NCBI GenBank assembly: GCA_963575745.1
Contig: CAUYUJ010000061.1
Span: 62,001-118,857 of the forward strand
DNA length: 56,857 nucleotides
Direction of reading: 5' to 3'
Source of the DNA: Prorocentrum cordatum
Taxonomy: Eukaryota
Shown here: positions 32,011 to 50,056 of the stretch, one piece after another
Numbering within the stretch: the stretch's first letter is position 1
Layout of the letters: each line of letters begins with the position of its first letter
The notes under the pieces: model-generated
Told to the model about the DNA's origin: nothing
Seen by the model: the letters and a program-made list of their open reading frames with translations, nothing else
Database searches by the model: none
Translations under genes and position numbers: made by a program

Positions 32011-32571
32011 AACGAGCTTCGTGGTGAAGTTTTTTGTGTGTTTTTTCTTTTGTTTTTCATTTCTCCTTCCCCCCCGTCTTCTTTTTTTTATGGAACGTAT
32101 GTGTATGTATGTTCATGCAGTTATCTTAAACTGAATTTGAAGAAGAAAACAAGATGTGAACACTGAGCATTCTATCGCGCTGCGTTCGCCGTCGGAGGAA
32201 GTCTGAAGCGGGGGCCTTATATCTGAGTGGAATTGGAGGAAGTCTTGAGCGGGGGCCCGTGTGCTAAAAAGTTTCCGCAGTTCATGTCTGAGCTTCAAAG
32301 AATCATGCAATGCATAAGAGCTGTCGCAACTTGTGGGCCTCTCTGCCGTGAAATTGTAGAGGGTTTCAGGCGGTGGGCTCCTCTCTGAATGAGATTGGGG
32401 GGCGTTGCCAGCGGGGACGTCATTTCTTAGTGAAGTTGGAAGATTTCTAATTCCCATGCGGATCCTGATTCAGAGGAGTCCGTATTACAATTTCTGGCGA
32501 ACCCCAAGGAGCTCCACTGTCCAGGGTGAACCGTCTGACAAATTAATTTATCCGAACTGTTTTTCTGCCGA

Positions 32572-32601
32572 GCCCGCGTCCACGCCGGCGCCCGCGCCTG
32601 C

Positions 32602-32632
<31 letters not shown>

Positions 32633-33277
32633 CCCGCCCGCGCGCCCGCGCGCAGACCCACGCACTCACACACACACGCGTGCACGCACGCGCACCCGAG
32701 CTCGCGCCCGCGCCCACGCCTGCGCCCGCGCCCGCGCCAACGTCCACGCCCACGCCCGCGCCAGTTTGCGCGCGCGCCAATGCCGACGCACACGCCCGCG
32801 CCCACCCTCGCACTCATACCGGCGCCCGCGCCCGCGCCGACGCCCGCGCCTGCGCCCGCGCCCGCGCCCGCGCCCTTGCCGCGCCAGCGCCCGTGACCGC
32901 GCCCGCGCCCGTGCCCGCGCCCGCGCTGGCGCCCGCGCTCACGCCCCTGCAAACGCCCGCGCCCACGCCCACGCCCCGGCAGACGCCCATGCCCGCGCCA
33001 GCTCCCGCGCCCACGCCCACGCCCGCGCCCGCCCCGCACCCGCACCCACGCGCGTCGCGCCCACATCCACACCCCCGCCCCCGAACCTGCACCCACCACG
33101 CGCGCGGCCACGCCCGCGCCCGCGCGCGCCCCCTCTCCGACGCGCGCGCGCGCTCGCCCACGCGCGCCACCGCCCACGCCCGCGCTCGCGCCCCCGCGCC
33201 CCCGCGCCCATGAAGCTTCCCGTGTCCACGCTCGCGCTCACGCCCGCGCCCGCGCTTGCACCCGCGCCCGCAATCAA

Positions 33278-33312
<35 letters not shown>

Positions 33313-33480
33313 ACTCCAGCACGCGCGCCCGCGCCCTACGCGCGCGTCCATGCGTCCACGCCCGCGCCCGCGTCCACTTTCACGTTCGCGTGCGCGCCCC
33401 CCCCCCCGCGCCCCCTTCCCCCCGCGCCCCCCCCCCCCCGCGCCCGCCCCCGCGCCCGCGCCCGCGCCCGCGCCAAACCC
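32572..33480. repeat. Degenerate (GCCCGC)n GC-rich hexamer tract
   Basis: Direct reading of repeated CCCGCG units. The ORFs over it are low-complexity PA/RA/RP repeats. Confidence 0.9.
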
Positions 33481-34478
33481 CCGTACCATGCCCAGATCCA
33501 TGCCCACCCGTCGCCCGCACTTTTTTTTGGCGTCGCGGCCCCGAGCGCAGCAATAGGGTGGATCATGCCGAAGAGTAGCCCAACAACATAAGCACACACC
33601 CACACCTAGCTCCCGCGTGCGATGGTTGCACCAAAGTGCATGCCCTACCGAGCTTCTGGCTCTTCGTGTTGCCAGACTGCCATTATCGCGTAAGCGTCTG
33701 CACTCCACTGTACGCTTCTGACGCACAAGTGAACACCCTACCGCATGTCGTGCGTTTGGAATCCCAAGGAATGCACGTTTGTATTTGCATACCACCTGTT
33801 CTTCGACCCTCCTCCTCACCGTGGCTGCGATTAGGGTGCTTTGCTGAGGGAATTGTTTACTGGAGCTGGTGTGCGCCAGAGCTGGAGGGGGCAGGGGCAG
33901 GGAACGGTTTCCTTGCGTCCATCGCTTGAGATTGGTCTCGCAACACAAGTTATCGACACGTCGACGTCAGTCGAACGGTCAGATGTGCGCCGCCGGGCGG
34001 CCGTGGACGGCTTCCAGCCCCAAAGGCCTGTCTCGCCGTCCTCTTCGTTGTGCTTCTCAGCACTCCCCCAGCTTGCCTCTCGAACGCATCGTCATGCTTC
34101 CTCGTCAACCTCCCCAATGCGAGCCCCTTGTGTTGATTCCCCGTAGTCCATGCCATTTCTCTACATGCCCGTCGTCCTCCTTCATCGTGCTCTTCGTCTG
34201 CCCTCCTCGTACTCACTCTTCACGCTCCTCGTCTTCACTTATCGTACTTCTCGGCCTGACTATGAATGCTCCTCGCCTTCGCTCATAGTGCTTCTCGTCC
34301 TGACTCCTTGTGCTGTCCGTGCTCGTCGTCCTGCTCGCTGCCCGTCTCGTGTTCCGTCCTCGCTCTCCCCGTCCTCGCTTCCCGTGCGTGCTCGCCTTCC
34401 TTGTGGCTTGCACTCCCTGTGCCCCTCCGGGGTCCGAGCAGGACGTGGTCCCCAGGTATCGTCACATCAGCACCCAGG

Positions 34479-35066
34479 GGAGGAGGAGGAGGAGGAGGAG
34501 GAGGAGGAGGAGGATGAGGAGGAGGAGGAAGAGGAGGAGGAGGAGGAGGAGGAGGAGGAGGAGGAGGCGGAGGCGGAGGCGAGGGGAGGAGGAGGAGGGG
34601 AGGAGGAGGAGGAGGAGGAGGAGGAGGAGGAGGAGGCAGGCGGAGGCGGAGGCGGAGGAGGAGGAGGAGGAGGAGGAGGAGGAGGAGGAGGAGGAGGAGG
34701 AGGAGGAGGAGGAGGAGGAGGAGGAGGAACACGAGGAGGATGAGCAGAGGGGCGCACGGGTCGGCGAGGCCAGGAGGCCGAGGGACCGGCCTGTGCCGAG
34801 GCCGAGGGGGCCAGGACCGCGGAGACCGAGCTGCTCGGCTGCGGACGCGAACGCTGCTGCGCGCCAGTGGTTTCGGCTCTGCCTCCTCCTCCTCCTCCTC
34901 CTCCTCCTCCTCCTCCGCCCGCTCCTCCCTCCTCCTCCTCCTCCTCGCCTCTCCTCCCTCTCCTCCTCGTCCTCCTCCTCCTCCTCCTCCTCCTTCTCCT
35001 CCTCCTCCTCCTCCTCCTCCCCCTCCTCCTCCTCCCCCTCCTTCTCCCCCTCCTCCTCCTCCTCCT
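34479..35066. repeat. (GAG)n tract, ~150-bp spacer, then (CTC)n tract
   Basis: GAG runs 34479-34730 and CTC runs 34882-35066. Confidence 0.9.
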
Positions 35067-36236
35067 ACGCAACCTCCCCAAAAGTGCGGCGGATCCAGTC
35101 GGGGCCCTTGGCCCTGGGGCCGGAAAACGGGTCGCCAGGCGCTCTCCTCGGCACGTCGGCGCCTCCAGCGATTGGAGGCTCTGGGAAAACCAGCCACGGA
35201 ACAGATCGGCAGCCCCCCTTTGAATGTCCACCTCCTTTCGTCTGACCGGAGGCGTCTGCGTCACCGCCGCCGCCGCGCGGTCGGCCCTCCAGGCCCACAC
35301 ACTCAGGGGCCCTCGTGGGCCTTCATGGCGCCCTCGAGGTGGCCGAAGATGCCCCCGAGGGGCATCCCAAGAGGCAGAACGAAATCTCTCGTAGTCCTCG
35401 CGTCCGCATCCTGGACGATGCTCCCACCGAGGCTTCGGGGAACATCGAGATGATGTTCGGGGAAGTCTCTCCAGGAACAATTGCATCGATGTCCCTAGAA
35501 CTCTTTCCACGGCGCCGCAATATCATCGAGTGCCCCCAGAAGCATACATCATTGATGTTGCTCTGACGGTAATTGGCGTGGTCATCTTTTCCCTCCTGCC
35601 ATTGCTCGTTGCAGCCCACATTTGCTCACGACATCGCTGCGTGTCCATTTGGTACCGATCTTGTTCACCACAGACTCTTCTTTCAGCTTCGAAGTGCGAC
35701 CCCGAACATCAACCAAGCGAAAGCGGGAGTCGCATCGACGATATCACAGGCAGGTCTCATGCCCACCAAGACCGTCTCACGAATCGACTCAAACCCGAGC
35801 GCGCGCGCGTAGTGCCTGCGTTGTTGCATACGGCAAGTGATGTCAACATAGTTTGTACACAGTCTGTATATGTGCATACACATCCAGTCATGTATGCATA
35901 TTTGTGTATATGTGTATATACATATATATACATACATATATATACATATCTCTCTTTATCTCTCTGATCATCGTTATTATTCGTACTTGTCTTTGCTTCT
36001 GTCTTTCTCATGCTGCTGCCTTCCGTGCCGCCGCGTCCGGCAGTATGCCAGGTCCCCCTCTGGCCGTGGTCGTGGTCCGCGCGCCGTCCGCACCTCTGTT
36101 GCCATCGATGGTCTGTCGTCGTCGCCGGTGCGCGCGATCACCAGCTTTTTGTTTCGGTGCGCCTGCAATGACTCTGTGGAGAGTGGGGGGGCGGCTCGGG
36201 CGCAGCAGTCACAGAGGCTGTGGGCGGAGACGGCAC

Positions 36237-37190
36237 GAGGAGGAGGAGGAGGAGGAGGAGGAGGAGGAGGAGGAGGAGGAGGAGGAGGAGGAGGAGGAGG
36301 AGGAGGAGGAGGAGGAGGAGGAGGAGGAGGAGGAGGGGGGAGGAGGAGGAGGAGGAGGAGGAGGAGGAGGAGGAGGAGGAGGAGGAGGGAGGAGGAGGAG
36401 GAGGAGAGGAGGAGGAGGAGGGGGAGGGGGAGGAGGAGGAGGAGGAGGAGGAGGAGGAGGAGGAGGGGAGGAGGAGGAGGAGGAGGAGGAGGAGGAGGAG
36501 GAGGAGGAGGAGGAGGAGGAGGAGGAGGAGGAGGTGGAGGCAGAGGAGTGGCGGGCGCGGGCAGGGGCACGCGGCCCCACGCCGTGCCATGCGGCTTCGG
36601 CAGGGGGGCGACACACCTTTCAAGGAGTGCCCGCTGGCCGCTCGTCGTCGTCGTCGCCGCTCGTCGTCCTCGTCGTCGTCGTCGTCGTCGTCCTCGCCGT
36701 GTTCCTCGCGCTCCTCCTGCGCCTCCCGTTCCTCCTTTCCCTGCTGCTGCTCCCCCCTCCCTGCTCCTCGTTCCGCTCTCCCTCTCTCGCTGCTGCTGCC
36801 GCTCCTCCTCCTCCTCCTCCCGCTCCCCCTTTCCCTCCCTTCCCGCCCTTTTTCCTTCCCCCCTCCCCCCGGTCTTGTCCTCCTCCTCCTCCGTTTCCCT
36901 TTCGCCGCCTACTCCTCCTCCACATGTTCTTCTCTGGCGCCTTCTCCCTTTCCCTTTCCCCTTCCTTTGAGCTAGCCCTCAGAATGCTTTCAGAGCCCGT
37001 GCTCTCCAGATGTTGTCGGCCTCATCCCGAACACGGCCACTGCAGCGCCAACGGCGAGCAATGGGTGCACCCTCTCGGTGTTTTCTCATCCCTCCTTCCT
37101 TCTCCCTTTTCCCTTCTCCCTCCTCCCTCTCTCATCCTCCCTCCCTCCTCCCTGCTCCTCCCTTGCCCCCCCCCCTGCCGCCTCCCTCTT
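36237..37190. repeat. (GAG)n tract followed by a pyrimidine-rich tract
   Basis: GAG runs 36237-36535. A TCG/CT-rich tract runs 36640-37190. Confidence 0.85.
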
Positions 37191-37329
37191 CCATCAAGTC
37201 CCCACGTATAAGATACGGTGGTTGAGAAGGAAGCGTTGAGGGAGGAGAAGGAGGGCGATGTGAAAGAGGACGAGGAGGGATGGATGCATGGCGACGGTGA
37301 CAGTGGGATGACCTTGCTACTGATAAGGT

Positions 37330-43020
<5,691 letters not shown>

Positions 43021-43574
43021 GGATAGATGAGGCAGGAGGAGGATGAGACGGGAGTAGGGCGGGCTCTTGCCTCGCGTCGGGCGTTGTCGTCGTCGTTGCA
43101 GTTGCCCTCCTTCAATCTTGGGGCGTCCGGCTGGCCAGCGGCGTCACGGCGCTGGCGGCCCCGCGGTGGAGGACCATGCCCCGCTCGTCGCGAGGTTCAA
43201 GAGGCGCGGAGGGAGGGAGGAGGGAGGGGGGAGGGAGGGCGGGAAGGGGGGAGAGGAGGGAGGGAGGGAGGAGCGACGGAGGGAGGGTGGAGTGATGGAG
43301 GGAGGGAAAGGGAGGGGGGGACAGAGGGATGCAGGGAAGAGCAGGGAGGGAGTTAGGCGGGGCGGAGGGAGTGTCGAAGGGAGGAGTGAACGCCAGGGGG
43401 AGGGGGGAGGGAGTGGGGAGAGGCGAGGAGCAGGAATAGGAGGATGAGGGTGAGGAGGATGAGGATGAGGATGATGATGAGGACGGCATGAGCATTAACA
43501 CGATTATGAAGGATGTGTGATATAATGATGGAGATGGGAGTAATGAAGATATTGACCATGCTAGTAATGTCAAC

Positions 43575-43990
43575 TCTACTTCTACGACATGTCTAGTGGC
43601 TTTGGGCCCATGCTGCCACCGCGCCGAGGTTGTGGGTCAGAGGCCTCGTGGATGCCTGTTGGGATCTCCTAGGAGGCCTCTCGGAAGCCTCTTCGATACA
43701 GTTTTGGGGCGTCCTGGCGCCTCCTGGGGGTCTCTTCGGGCTCCTTGGGGGCCTCGTCGGGGCCTGCTGGGGGTCTCCTGGGGCTCCTTGGGGGCCTCGT
43801 CGAGGCCTGCTGGCCGTCACGGGGTCATCTTGGGGTGGACGGCTCGAAATCTCAGTTCGTGCTCCCCCTTGTCGGGCCCCTCGGGGGACCCTCGTGGGGC
43901 CTGCCAGGGCGGCGTCGGGGCGCGCGGGGCCCCTCGGGAGGGGTGGCCGGCACGCGCGGCCGACTGTTCCAGTCCAGAAGCCGAGACTCG
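43575..43990. repeat. Dispersed GC-rich low-complexity repeat; a similar tract lies at 50610-51300
   Basis: Both tracts contain recurring GGGCCTC / CTTGGGG / CTCCTGGGG words. Confidence 0.5.
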
Positions 43991-44226
43991 GTGACAATGT
44001 TGCCCCGCTGTGACGGAGGGGCTCTTTCTCTTGGAGAGGCGGAGGCCCTCAGTGACAGAAGGGGTGACCTTCCCGCTTCTCCTTCTCCTGCCCTCCCTCC
44101 TTCTCCTACGCTTCCTCATCCTCTTCATCCTCCTCCGGGGGGAGGGGGACTTGCTGAAACCCTACTGAGCAGCACTGGCCATCTGATCACGCCTCAGCGT
44201 GCCAGAGGGCACGGTGGCGCACTTTT

Positions 44227-44491
44227 ATGATGATGGTAGTGTTTGGTGATGACGACGACGATGCTGATGACGATGATGATGCTGATGATTATGCTGATGA
44301 TGATGCTGATGATGATGCTGATGATGATGATGATGATGAATGCTAATGGTGACGATGATGCAGATGATGCTGGTGCTGAGTTGATGATGAAGATGGTGGT
44401 GATGATGATGGTGGTGATGATGCTGATGATGCCGATGCTGATGCCGATGCTGATGCTGCTGATGATGAAGATGATGATGACTGCGGTGATT

Positions 44492-44528
<37 letters not shown>

Positions 44529-44555
44529 GGATAATGATGACGATACTGATGATGA

Positions 44556-44594
<39 letters not shown>

Positions 44595-44619
44595 CTGATG
44601 ATGATGATGATGATGATGC

Positions 44620-44651
<32 letters not shown>

Positions 44652-45012
44652 CTGATGATGATGCTGATGCTGATTATGGGGATGATGGTGATGATGAGGA
44701 GGATGAGGATGATGATGGGGGTGATGGTGGTGCTGATTGTGGAGGTATGATGATACCGACGAGAACGACTACGATGGCGACGGCGACGTTGACGATGCCG
44801 GCGACGATCACTGTCATGATGAATGAAGGATAGATTGGAAGGAGGAGGATTAGGAGGAGGGGGAGGAGTGTGAAACGATATGAGAAGGACGATGAGGAGA
44901 TGGAGGAGGAGTATGAGGAGGAGGAGGAGGGGGAGGAGTTTATGGGGAGGGTTACATGGAGGAGGAGGAGGAGGAAGAGGAGGAGGAGGAGGAGGAGGAT
45001 GAGGAGGAGGAT
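44227..45012. repeat. (GAT)n then (GAG)n microsatellite
   Basis: Direct reading. A (TTC)n/(TA)n run follows at ~45398-45505. Confidence 0.9.
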
Positions 45013-45614
45013 GAACACGCAGTGGGTTGGACAGGCACCGCGACATTGCGCAGAGCTTAGATCGATTGGGGTCCTTGCAGCTTGCGGATCGGGCAAGGTC
45101 CCGATCACACGTTTACCGGTATTGGGCGGACTGCGTGCCTTGCGCGAGTCACTGCGAGGAAAGGCGCGCTGCGTGTGGACTGGAAGCAGCTGGGTCGGAG
45201 TGAGGCGATGTGTCACCGAGCTGTATTCTGTTGTTCCACCTGGCCCTGCCGCTCGGGCGAGGGACCCCCGTCTTGCAAGGATTCGTTCTTCGTCCTCCTG
45301 GCTTTCAGTCGGGCGTGTCCCTGCACAGGAGGAATATTCAAACATAGCAAAACAATAGTCAGGGGAGTTTTTTTTTGCTGTTGTGTGTTCTCTTACTCCT
45401 TCTTCTTCTTCTTCTCCTCTTTCTTCTTCTTCTTCTTCTTCTTCTTTTTCTTCTTCTTCTTCTTTTTCTTCTTCTTCTTCTTCTTCTTCTATATATATAT
45501 ATATCTCCGTAAGAGCCTCGCCCCATGCCGCCAGCCCCCTGTCTCGGACAATGGGAGATGCAAAAGCTAAATCATGAGGTCTGGGCGCCGCCGTGAAGCA
45601 GTGTCCGGACCTGT

Positions 45615-46392
45615 TTGTTTTTGGACCCTGACCATGCGGATCTGCGTCACGGGTGCCACCAAATTTCAGAAATGTGGCAAATCCCCTGTGTTTTTCGACC
45701 CTGACCCCACGGATCCGCGTCAGGGGTGCCACCGAATTTCAGAACTGTGGCAAATCCCTTGTGTTTTTCGACCCTGACCCTACGGATCTGCGTCACGGGT
45801 GCCACCGAATTTCAGAAATAAGGCAAATCCCCTGTGTTTTTCGACCCTGACCCTACGGATCTGCGTCAGGGGTGCCGCCGAATTTTAGAAATGTGGCAAG
45901 TCTCTTGTGTTTGTGGACCCTGACCCTGCCGATCTGCGTGAGGGGTGCCACCGAATTTTTGAAATGTGACAAATCCCATATGCTTTTGGACCCTGACCCT
46001 GCCGATCTGCGTGAGGAGTGCGACCGAATTTTAGAAATGTGGCAAGTCCCTTGTGTTTTTGAACCCTGACCCTGCCGATCTGCGTGAGGGGTGCCACCGA
46101 ATGTTAGAAATGTGGCAAGTCCCTTTGTGTTTTTGGACACTGACTCCGCCGATCTGCGTGAGGGGTGCCATGTTGCAAATCCCGTGTGTTTTTGGACCCT
46201 GACCTTGCCGATCTGCGTGAGGGGTGCCACCGAATTTGAGAAATGTGAGAAATCCCATATGTTTTTGGACCCTGACCCCGCCGATCTGCCCCTGACCCCG
46301 CCGATCTGCGTGAGGGGTGCCACCGAATTTTAGAAATGTGGCAAATCCCCTGTGTTTTTGGATCCTGACCCCGCCGATCTGCGTGAGGGGTG
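45615..46392. repeat. 73-bp minisatellite, ~10 copies
   Basis: GACCCTGACC anchors at 45624, 45697, 45770, 45843 and 45916 give a period of 73. Later units carry indels. Confidence 0.92.
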
Positions 46393-47757
46393 TCAATTTT
46401 TACCCACCCAAGCAATTCAGACAACACGCTCAGGGTGTGGTAAAAATACCCGTTTTGGGCCTCCCCCCTCGCGCGGTCCATCAACAAGGAACAGTAAGCA
46501 GCAAGAAGTCAACAAGGAACAGTAAGCAGCAAGAAGCAGAACTGTAACAGTGGAAACTGGAAGCTGCAACTGGTACAGGAAATTGCGAAGCTTCGTCCTA
46601 CAGCCTGGTGGCCCCACCAGGGGGCCGGCGGAAATGTATGTATATATATTTCTATATAGAGATTAAAACATAAAATACAGCTGGGGGTGTTTCTTTGCGT
46701 ATGTGTTTTTTCACCCATCATCTGCGTGTAGAGGGGACCCGCCCGACCTAGTCCCAGCTACCGGTGTGGCACAGTGGCAGGACGAGAGAAAGTTCCAGGA
46801 AGTGTCCAGCGGTAGCCCCGCTTCGAGGAGGATCTCTTCCCTCCAACTGGAGATGTAAGTCACGACGACTGTACCAGTCTCAGAGGAGACGTCCTCCATC
46901 AGCCGCGCGCAGAGGGGGGGTGGGGGAGGGGGGAATCCTTCTTCGAAGCACCCCTGCTTCTCAGAAGGCGCGGGCCTCATCTGTAGATGCAAGGCCGGCG
47001 CCTTCTAAGAGGCAGCCTCCTCCTTAGAAGCCCTCCCCCTCCCTCCACCCCCTTCTGCGCGCCGCCAACCCCGTTCGCGAAAGTGTGGCAGAAATTAGAA
47101 CTGCATGTAAAGAGCTGGAAGAGCTATCAACCGAGACCAGCGTATTGAACGCGTTGTATGTTTTGAATGCGAATGTGCGCGGCGCTCAGGCGAGAGCATC
47201 GGCCCTCCATCCTTGCGATTGTCGGAAAAGCTTAACGTGGCGGCGTGCAGGCGAGGACCGCATTGCGGAGCCCACCTGCCCGCCATTCTTGTAATTTTTG
47301 GGAGTTTCGTAAAAAAAAAGTGCGCGGCGCGAAGGCGAAATCCGTATTTTGAAAAGCACTGGCCGTCCGTCTTTGTTACTTTAGGAGACTTTTCAGGGAA
47401 TATGCACGGCGAGACGGCGATGGTTGCATTTTGAAGACGGCCGGCCCTACATCTGCGAAAACGCTGGGTCTTCTCGTAAAGATAGTTCAGTCTTAGACGA
47501 AACACTCAGCCATGTCTACATTCCCTTCCTACAGACGTGCCTGGTGTTGCGACAGGGGGGGACTTGTTTTTATGTCAGGACGAGGGTCGGAGGATGATGA
47601 TGAGGAGGAGGAGGAGCAGGAGGACAACGTCGGTGGGCAGGCACGATGGCCTTGCGTCGGACATGCCAGCATCTCTCTCAAAGTAGGGTGCTTGATAGCG
47701 GGCTTGGCGTGTGTTGGTGACAGGCAGAAGCAACGTAGACTCTTGCGCGCCGGACAG

Positions 47758-47890
47758 GTTTGACGTGTATTCCAAGGTACACGATGATTACCGGGTCAAG
47801 ACGAAGAGCGGCGGCTTGATATCTGTGGTTGCGATTATAATCATGCTCATTCTGTTCACTTCGGAGTTGAACTCGTACCTCACCGTCGAG
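47758..47890 (+). CDS. ERGIC3/Erv46 (Erv41/46 family) ER-Golgi vesicle protein, exon with the N-terminal motif and first transmembrane helix
   Basis: FDVYSKVHDDYRVKTKSGGLISVVAIIIMLILFTSELNSYLTVE matches the family pattern FDAYPK..EDFRVKT.GG + TM + SEL..YL. AG acceptor at 47756-47757 and GT donor at 47891. The start-codon exon was not located. Confidence 0.85.
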
Positions 47891-49043
47891 GTGGTAGACG
47901 ACCCCACGCTTCCTCCTGTCCCGCTTGCCTGCTGTCCGCTTCCCTCCTCCCTCGTCATCCCTGCTCGCTTTTCCTCCTCCGTTCCCCCTCCGCTTCTCTC
48001 GTCCATCAGTATCCGGGCGGGTGACCAGCTCATGAACCTTGTGATCAGCTCGCAGGCTAGCGGACGGGAGTTTGGCGGGTACGGGATCCATATCTCGCGT
48101 CAAGGCCGGATGCAGTTTTGCCTCCTGCTTCGTGTGCCAGCCAGGGCTTCCATGCCGGAACGGGACGCGAGGAGGGCCGAACGTGACGGGATGCGGTGCC
48201 CCTTGTTCTGGGCTTCATGCGCTGCGGAGCAGGGCCGCGGCTTCGGCGTCAAGGACGGCCGCATGCCCTCGGACAGCAGCTCCTCTGGCCGGACCCTTCA
48301 TTGGTCTCACCTGTCGGCGGCGAGCGAGTGGGGGGCAGTGAGAAGGAGAAGGCCGTCTCAGAAGCCCTCGCACCTTCGGAGAAGTTCTTTGTGTCTTCGG
48401 GGAGCCTTCCTGCGCCCTGTCTCCCGAAGTAAAGCTGCGCGTAGCCCGCCTAGCTTTTAGCGGAAGAGGCTCGCTCTCGCCCCGCCGACCAAAGCTTGTG
48501 TCTTCGGGGAAGGCCTAGAAGACTTCTCGGAAGGCCGGGGAACTTCCGAGCCTTCTGGGACGGCCGGCCCCTTCTCACTTCCCCCCCGGGCTCGCCGCCA
48601 AGCCTGTGCGGAGTGCGGACCGCCGTTGGCTTTACACTTCTGTCCACTTCATCAGCGGGCCTGCCTGCGGCTCCCCCGCAGGAGCAAGGCATCGGCGCCG
48701 GCGTGACCGAGGCCCTCCCTGCGGCTCGTGCAGCCAAGTCAGCCGCAGGGAGGGAGCACGAGCGTGCTCCGCCTTACCACCCTCATTATGGTGGCTCTGG
48801 ATTGCCGCGCTTCCAGTGTTTCCCCCCTCCCGCCGAATCCCTTGTCCATCCTCCCTCCTCCTTCCTCTCTCCTCCCTACTCCCCCCTTTCTCTGCACTCC
48901 TTTCCCTCTTTCCTCCTGTCCTCGTCCCTCCCTCCTTCCTCCTCCGTCTTCCGCCCTCCCTCCTGTCTGCTCATTCCGACGTTCCCGCCTTCCTCATCCC
49001 TCTCCCCTCCTCGTCCGTTCCCGCCGCAGCCCTGTCGGCCCAG

Positions 49044-49133
49044 GTGGTGGACCACATCGTGGTGGACACCGCGCTGAACGAGAAGCTGCCGATCGGCCTG
49101 AACATCACGTTCCCGCACCTCCGCTGCGACGAG
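49044..49133 (+). CDS. ERGIC3/Erv46-family exon
   Basis: VVDHIVVDTALNEKLPIGLNITFPHLRCDE matches the family pattern VD....KL.IN.D..FPH.PC. AG acceptor at 49042-49043 and GC donor at 49134. The exon is 90 nt, phase 0. Confidence 0.88.
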
Positions 49134-49289
49134 GCCGTGACGGGCGGAGTGCGCGACGGAGGAAGGGGATCGACGTGTCGCACGGAACGGAACGGAGCGG
49201 GACAACATGGAAGAGAGAGTGCTCCGAGCCTGCAAACTTAGCCTTCCAACTCTCTCCAGACATTCACGGCCCTTCAATCTGGTTTCATA

Positions 49290-49378
<89 letters not shown>

Positions 49379-49385
49379 AATGATG
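49290..49385. repeat. Intronic (GAT)n microsatellite
   Basis: Direct reading; lies between two ERGIC exons. Confidence 0.9.
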
Positions 49386-49975
49386 GTGGATGGCCAGGAG
49401 GAGGAGGTGGAGGTGGAGGAGGACCAGGAGGAAGAATATGATGAGGTCGAGAAGCATATACGGGCTTCCCCAGCAGCTGTTGGGACACTGCCTATGTCGT
49501 GCGCCCGTAGTGAGGTATTCCCACCCCAGCAGCTGTCCTCCTGACCGTCCTTCATGCCTAGGGCTGCTGATGTAGCTCACGCCATGCGAAGGGCCACAAC
49601 CCAAGCGCGCCGAGCACCCACGTGGCTCCAGCAGCAGCTGTGCCTCCACACACCAAAACAGCAGTGCCTGGGCGCACCGCCGCCGTTGTCGTCCCCTCCC
49701 CCTCCGCTCCTCCGCTCCTCCGCTCCTCCTCCTCCCCTCCCCTCCCCTCCTCCCCTCTCCTCCTCCTCCTCCCCACCTCCTCCTCCTCATCCTCCTCCTC
49801 GTCATCCTCCTCCTCGTTCCTCCTCCTCGTCCTCCTCCTCCCCTCCTCTCCCTCCTTTATCCTTCTCCTTTTTCTCTCTCCATTCCTCCTCCTCTCTCCC
49901 CTCCCCTCCCCTCCCCTCCCCTCCTCTCCCCTCCCCTCCCTTCCTCCCCTCCTCCCCCTCCGCGTCCAGCCCGAG

Positions 49976-50056
49976 GTCTCTGTCGACACAGTGGACTCCA
50001 CGGGCGAAAACCAGGTGGACATTGCCGGGGATCTGACGAAGCTCAACCTGGACCGG
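49976..50056 (+). CDS. ERGIC3/Erv46-family exon (3' boundary approximate; remaining exons not found in the window)
   Basis: VSVDTVDSTGENQVDIAGDLTKLNLD matches the family pattern LSID.MD..GE.Q.D....L.K.RLD. AG acceptor at 49974-49975 follows a long pyrimidine tract. Confidence 0.8.

Noticed and set aside
34141..34162. Dinoflagellate spliced-leader relic (CCGTAG...CCATTT)
   Set aside because: Only a short interrupted match to CCGTAGCCATTTTGGCTCAAG, compatible with chance.
35300..35520. Possible minus-strand exon remnant (GIFGHLEGAMKAHEG, GC3-rich)
   Set aside because: It is too short, frame continuity is unclear and no family was recognised. A BLASTX search would be needed.
47711..48460. 249-aa ORF as a complete gene
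   Set aside because: Only 47758-47890 resembles ERGIC. The rest is read-through into an intron.
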